From NCBI GenBank assembly GCA_004431415.1, contig QPMI01000325.1, positions 1 through 64,000 of the forward strand: DNA of 64,000 nt. Reading direction: 5' to 3'. The stretch is from Cyanophora paradoxa CCMP329. Lineage: Eukaryota > Plantae > Glaucophyta. The notes beneath the pieces are model-generated. The model was not told the origin of the DNA. It was given only the letters and a program-made list of their open reading frames with translations, and ran no database searches. Positions 57,816 to 64,000 of the stretch are shown piece by piece. Position 1 is the stretch's first letter, and each line of letters begins with the position of its first letter. Position numbers and translations under genes: made by a program.

Positions 57816-59361
57816 ATGCGTCGCGCATACGTACAGCCTCCTTCAGCGGCCGCACTGGCCCTGCAGCTGGCGCGTGCGCTGGCCCTCTGCGGCGTTCTGG
57901 TTCTCGGCAGTCTCGCGGACGAGACAAGCGCTCCGCCCATCGTGACGGCCGCTTCTACGTCATATTTCGACAGGCTGCAGAACCTCGTGGCATCCGTGCA
58001 GCTCTGGGAGCCCGAAAGGCTCATCGTGGTTAGCGCTCTTTAGTTTCATAGATCGCCGGCATCACTGAGGAGCTGTCGCAGGTGTATGACGTCGGTCTAT
58101 CGGCCTCGCAGGCGGCCGAGGTCTCGGAATGGAAGTCAGTCGAGCTGCGCTCCTTCAAATTCGATGCAGCACCGCGACACGCCGCCTTTCACGACACCTA
58201 CGCCTTCAAGTGCGTTTCCTGCACTGCCTATAAGCCGTTATTGCGCGACTTCTGCTTTGGACGCGCGCGGCAGGCCGCTTGTAATGGCGGACGCGCTGCG
58301 GCTCTGGGACTCCCTCCTCTTCCAGGCAGGGCCCTCCTTCCTGCTGGAGCTCCATACGGCTCCATTTCGAGAATCGCGGGGGGCAGGACGCGGGGCAGGA
58401 GCTGGAGGGGCCGCTGCGGGAGGTGGACGAGACGCTGCGGTCGCGGGGCGCCTTCTTCGTGGAGGCCTCCTCCCCCATCGCCGCCTTCACCCACCCCCTC
58501 ACCCTCCGCTGGTCCGCACCCCCCGCGCGGCACCCTTCCCGGCCCTCGTTGAACTCGGAGGTTCCGTCCCGCCTCTTGTCCGCAGGCTCAATGCGAGCGC
58601 GTCCGAGTTCGAGGGCCAGCTCCAGTGCGCCGGCGGCATCCAAGGGTTCGTCTCGAGCCGCGCATGTGCATACCGCCTCCGCGGCCTCTGACCGTCTCCT
58701 CGGCCTCAGATACGGTGCGCAAGCGCCACGTCCTGGCGCGGCGCGGCGCTGCGGCGGCTGACGTGCGGGGCCAGTGGCGGGGTCGACGGCGGCGCGGGAG
58801 GTGCTGGAGGCGGCGGCGCGCTGCGCGGCGGAGGAGCCGTGCATCGCCCCGCCGGGCTCCGACGCGTCCAACCACCGCCAGGACCAGTCGGTGTTCTCGG
58901 TGCTCATCCGGCGCGGGGGCTTCCCCTGCGAGGCCGACCGCCGCTTCTCGGAGTCCAACCCGCTGCGGGCGCCCGCCTCGCCGGCGGGGGCCCTCGCCCG
59001 CCACCGCCGCGCCCTCGCGGGGGCGCCCCTGGACCCCCCCACCGTCCTCTTCTCCCGCCGCTGGATGCACCCCAAGCCCTACGCCCCTCTCCTCCGGCGG
59101 GGCGCCTCGCCGAGGCCGCCGTCCCGTGGGGAGGGGCCCTACTCGCGCCCCTGGACGCCCGGCGCCGTGGCCCCCGTCGTCGTGGAGACCATCGAGGGCC
59201 GCCGCGTGCCGGCCGCCGCCCGCGAAGCGCTCGCTGGCTGCCTCGCCGCGCGCAAGTGCGTCGTTCATCCGCCCTCCCGCCCGTCCTGCCCGGCACGACG
59301 GCCCCCGGTCCGCAGGGACGAAGCCGACGCCCTCGCCGCGTGCGCCGCGCTGGTGCGATGA
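57816..59361 (+). CDS. DUF1647-like secreted or membrane-anchored protein (putative glycosyltransferase fold)
   Basis: Hydrophobic leader, IVTAAS.SYF, VYDVGL, YAFK-PLV, Q-DAG, and CIAPPGS..SNHRQDQSVFSVL. Confidence 0.7.
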
Positions 59362-59861
59362 GCCCTCCCCAAAGCCCCCCCGCCCTTTCAAGAGAGGCGC
59401 CTTAGCTCGGGCCGGCAGGTCCTGCCGGAGAGCGCAGGCCGGGCGCGAGGGGCGCGGGGGCGGGCGCTGGAGGCGCTGCAGCGGGCGCGCGGGGCGGCGG
59501 AGGGCGCCGGCCTCGACCCCGCCTGCCTCGCCCTCGCCGCCGCCTGCCTCGCCCTCCTCTTCGGTGCCGGCGTGCTTCTCGGCGGTCCTCTTCGCCACCG
59601 CCGCCGCCGCCTCCGCTAGCTTGAAGCCCCGAATTCGAATATGAAGGCCGGGCCTCCGCTTCGCCCTCCGCAGCCGCGCCTACTCGAGCACCCGCCGGGG
59701 CCCCTCGGCGTCGGGGCACGCCCACCGCTGACCTACGCCCCCGCCGCTGACCCTCCGCCCCCTTGCCTGCTCGTCTCGTGCACACTCTCTCTCGCTCTCT
59801 CTTCTCCAGTACACGTACATTGCAGGCGGGAGGGTTCTGCGGCCGCCCGGGGAGGCCCCCC

Positions 59862-62800
59862 TCAGAAAAGGTTGACGCGCTTCTTCTCGGTGCCTGTGGG
59901 GGCCGGTGAGGGGCGCGGGGGTGGCGGAGGGGCCGACGAGGGGGCGGACCCTGCTTCCAGGCGGGGAAGCCGTAGAACTGCTGCTTGTCGTAGCCGAAGA
60001 CCTGGACGAACTCGTGGTCCGAGAGGTACGCCTCCCGCACCCGCCCGTCGATCCCCTCCCGCACGCAGTTCGGCGACCGCGTGTTCAGGCAGTCGTACGG
60101 CTGCGACACCCCGGCTCGCGCTCCCGTGCGGCGCCTCGCGGGAGGAGGCGGGAGCGCGCACCAGGAACTGGTCCACCTGCGGGATCTGCACGTTGCTGTA
60201 GCCCGCGTTCCCGCCCGGCGGCGGGGGGCCGCCAGGGCGCGCGCCGGGGCCGGCCGGCGCTGGCGCGGGGGTTTCAGGGGTCGGGAGGGGCGGGGGGCGG
60301 GGCCGGGGCGGTCACCTCCGTACGAGGCCGGCTGCCAGCAGGGCCGCTGCCGCCGTACGAGGGGCCCGAGGGGCGCGGCGCGTTGGCCCCATCGGCCCGT
60401 ACGAGCGCGCGCCGGGGCCGGCGGGGCCGGCGAGGTACCGTACGGCCCGCGGGCCGGCGCCGGCGGCGCGGCCGGCGCGCCGTACGGGCCGCTGGGGCGC
60501 GACGGTGCCGGGGCGCCGGGGGCGCTCCAAAGGAGCCGCCGGGGCGTGTAGGGGCCGGGGGCGCGGGGGGAGCGCTGTAGCCGCCCGACGAGGCGCCGTA
60601 CGAGGCGCCGTACGAGCCGCCGGACGAGGCGCTGTAGTAGGGCGCGGCCGGGGGCCGGGCGGCGGCTGACGGGGCGCCGCCCTGCTGGATGCGGGCCTGC
60701 GGGGCGTCAGGTGCGGGGCGGGGTGGGGCCGGGGCGCGGGCGCACGAGCTTCTGCTCGTAGGGGTCCACGAAGCGGCGCTGCGGGGTGTCGTTCCAGCCG
60801 AGGAAGTGGCACGTGAAGGTCGGCGGCTCCTGCCCCGAGTAGACGGCCGTCACCGCCCCCCGCCTCGCTCCCATCGAGTGCGCGTACTGGTCCGCCACCA
60901 TCTGCGCCCCGGCGTCGGCCCCGGCGGATGGGGAGGGGCGGGGGCGGGGGGCGGGTGCGGGGACCAGGGCGTTGTCGCGCTCGGCCTGGTTGGCGTTCTG
61001 GCCGACCCACACGAAGAGCTCGGAGAACACGTCAAGAATAAAAACTGAAGAACTACTGCTCAGTAGACGCCAAAGAACAGCCAAAAACGTGTTAACCATC
61101 TTCCTCGAGGAGGTCGTCCTGCGCGAAGTTGAAGAGCTCCTCCACCCGGAACCGGCCCGTCGCGTTGCTGCAGTGGAACAGCCGCGGCTCCGCCGGCAAC
61201 GTCCCCTGGAACTTCGTCTCCGGGTACGGCGCCCGCCCGCCCAGCGCTGCCCGCCTCTCAGCGCGGCCGCGGGGAGGCGGATCGGGGGCGGGCGGGGCGC
61301 GAGCGCGCCCTGCCAGAAGGGCTGCGGCTCCTGGCCCTCAACGATCTCGTTGAGCTCGCGCGCGCCCTTCAGCTGCTGCAGGATGTACGCGATCTGCGCA
61401 CGAGCTCGGGCCGCGCCCCGCCGGGCGGGGCGGGGCGGGGCGGGGCGGGGCGCGCGGACGTTCTGGGCGACCTGGCGCTCGTCCTGGGTGGCGCCGGAAC
61501 CGTACCAGGCGAAGACGCGGCCCGGGGTGAGGAGCACGAAGGAGTCGCCCGAGTTGAGGTGCCCCGCGACGGGCTCCACCTCCACGGCGCGCGTCGTCAC
61601 CGGCGAGAAGCCCCGCACGTGGTACAGCGCGTGGTCCGAGATCCCCCGGCTCGCCTCCTGCACGTTACGGAAGCCCGACGCCGTGCCGCCCTGGCCCGCA
61701 CCGCCCCGTCGGCCCCCGCAGGGCCCGGGCGGGGCGGGGCGGGGCGGGGCGGGGCGGACGCGGTGGATGATCATGTGGCCCTGGAAGAGGGCGAGGAAGT
61801 GGGAGGGCTCGCGGTTCATCTCGACGCGGACCTGCACGGGGTAGCCCCCCATGCTGTCGTCCAGCTGCTTCGCGATCATCGCCGACGCCGCCTTCTCGTC
61901 CTGCGTCGACTCCCGCCCCTGCCTGCACCCGCCGCGCCCGCCCCGGCTCGGCCCGGGCCGCCGCCGGGAGGGCCGGCCGGCGGGGCGGCGGGGCGCACCA
62001 GAAGTAGATGACGCAGGCGTCGGCGTTGCCCTTCTTGTAGCGGTACACCACGACGTACGAGTCGCCGGCGAAGAAGTGCCTGCCGGCGCTCAGCGCGCCC
62101 GGCGCCGGGGGGCCGGACGGGGCGGGGGAGGCCGCGCCCGTAGAGCTCGTGGGGGTAGGGGACGGCCTGGAGGTTCTCGATGCGGTAGATCTCGACCGTG
62201 CCCGACATCGTCGGGTCGATCAGCGTCTCTTGCGGCCGCTCCCCGGGCCGCATCATCACAGCCGCCGCCTGCTGCGCGTTGAACGGGCCGCCATTCACCT
62301 CTGACCGGCCCCGCGGCGCCGAGTGAGCGTGATCTGGGAGGCCGGCGCCCCCCCGCGAGGGAGGCGGGGCTCACGGGCGACGCCGCGGCCGGCGACGGCT
62401 CCGGAGGGGGCCTTGGAGAAGTCGGTGCGGGTGCCCCAGTAGGAGAACTTGGACTTGAACCAGGCGTTCTCGTAGCCCTGTGAGAGCTTGATGACCGGCG
62501 TCCCCTGCGGCTTCTTCGTCATCTGCAGGTACGCCCTGCCCCTTCCGCATCAGCGACGCCCCCGCGGGCCCCTGGGCGGGAGGGCGGCGGGGCAGGGGCG
62601 CACGTCCCGATCTGCATGGCCATGCGCTTCTCCTGCTGGGTGGTATTCTTGCCGATCCAGATGAAGACCTCGCTCCCCGCGTCCACCAGGAAGGCGTCCT
62701 GCCCCGCCCGCCCCCCTCAGCGCGCGGAGGGCGGCGGCGGGGGCGGGGGGCGGGGCCGGGGCGCGCGTTGGGGTCGAGGCTGTGCGGGTCGAGGATGCCC

Positions 62801-63835
62801 TGCGCCTCCGGCGTGAACTGCACCGACCCCGTCGCGTCCGAAATCCTGCCCCGCCCCGCCCCCGCCCCGCCCAAGGTCAGGCCCTCGGCCGGGCCCCGGC
62901 GCCGCGCGCGGCGGGCGCGGGGCACCGGAAGAGCTGCGTGTTGGTCGTGTTGTGGCGCTCCGCCTCGTCGTCGTCCCCGCCGTACTGCGCCGGCTTCGCC
63001 TGCCGGTAGCCCCCGAGCGCCTGCCAGAAGCTGCCGCACGCTCAGCGGGGCGCGGAGCGGCGGGGAGCGGCGCGGGGCGGCGGGGAGGGCGCACTTCTGC
63101 TCGTTGTCCTGGCCCTCCTCGAGGACGACAAGCTGCGTCTTGGCGCTCCCGCCGTGCTCGTTGACCAGGTCGCTCGCCACGTCCAGCGCCCGCGCCTTCT
63201 CCGCCTTGTTCGCCGACCGCCCGTTCCACTGGTACACCGCGCTCGCGTTCGCTGCGACCCCGCCTCGTCGCTGGGCCCGGGCCCGGACGCGGGAGGGCGC
63301 GCACGGTGGTCGAGGATGAAGACGTCGCCCGAGTTGAGGGAGTCGCCGGAGAGGGGGACCTGCGGGCGGGTCGCACCGCAGAAAAGGAGCGGAAAGGAGG
63401 GGGAAGGGAGGGCAGACCTGGGCGACGCGGACGTGGCGCTTGCCCTTGATCTGGAAGAGACGCGCGACGTTGGCCTTGCGCTTCTCGTCCTCGGCGTTTT
63501 TGAAGCCGGACTTGACGCCGCCGTCGAGGACGACGATCGTGCGGTTGCGCCAGAGCGAGCGGAAGGCCTCGCTCTCGTAGCCCTGCGTCTCCCGGTGCTG
63601 CACCGGCGCGCCCCCGAGGTGGTCGTCCAGCTCCACCGCCTTGTACGCCGCCACGCCGTACTCGTCTTGCGAAGACTGCGCCCCAATCCAGAAGTAGAGG
63701 TCATAGGCGTAGCTGCGCAATCGTCAGTAAAGGAAGACCAGAACCGCTTGCCAAGCGAGCGTACGCGTTCGAGCCAGGGACTTGTTTCGTGTGCAGAATC
63801 AGGTAGGAGTCGCCCGAGTAGAACCGACCGTATAG
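59862..63835 (-). CDS. VIL: Villin (six gelsolin repeats and headpiece); 5' end probably outside the window
   Basis: GRFYSGDSYLIL, YFWIGAQSSQDEYGVAAYKAVELDDHLGG, LNSGDVFILD, FFAGDSYVV, LNSGDSFVL, FAQDDLLEED-VFILD, and headpiece REAYLSDHEFVQVFG...PAWKQ-..KKRVNLF*. Confidence 0.93.
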
Positions 63836-64000
63836 CTGCGCGGTCGTCGGTCAGAGCCGAATCTGAAGTCGGAGTGAAGCGCTAGCTATCGCTCGGAGGG
63901 CGGCCCGCGCATAGCTCCGTCCGTTTTCGCAATGAATGCTCATTGGTCTTTCCTCCGCTGGCGGATTCGCCACGGGCCAGCGCCAAACGAAACCGCGGCT

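Noticed and set aside
32-63885. Many long Arg/Gly/Pro/Ala-rich ORFs on both strands (for example 8872-11286, 24953-27292, 45630-48077)
   Set aside because: They are shadows of extreme GC content and stop-free introns. The real proteins appear only after splicing.

Overview
Gene-dense, very GC-rich eukaryotic nuclear DNA with about 24 intron-rich genes and short introns of roughly 45-80 nt, so the raw ORF track is mostly misleading. Three genes (ThiD, PrxQ, a PsbP-domain protein) begin with M-x(1-2)-A-F-V leaders, the Phe motif of glaucophyte and red-algal plastid transit peptides. With a flagellar radial-spoke gene, this suggests a glaucophyte such as Cyanophora (inference). Recognisable genes: DNMT1/MET1, a cNMP-binding protein, UTP7/WDR46, a kinase-only PPIP5K/VIP1, radial spoke head RSP4/6, a DDX59-type zf-HIT multi-zinc-finger protein, ThiD, a MATH-USP7-like pseudo-deubiquitinase fused to a pseudokinase, an ARM protein, an alpha/beta hydrolase, an LMBR1-family protein, PrxQ followed 9 nt later and in frame by IscX, a divergent SMC2-like protein, a GNAT, a PsbP-like protein, kinesin-12, a DUF1647-like protein and villin. 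The most striking signals: (1) a sense-strand G-to-C polarity in which exons use G-ending synonymous codons near acceptors and C-ending codons near donors while introns run C-rich to G-rich; (2) very frequent GC-AG introns; (3) a U12-type AT-AC intron; (4) the PrxQ-IscX bicistron or readthrough unit with a shared 9-aa leader peptide; (5) a doubly inactivated USP-kinase fusion; (6) a tRNA-like structured element; (7) a candidate GGGGTA(C/A) promoter motif. Gene spans include introns and were spliced by eye, so start codons are approximate where noted.
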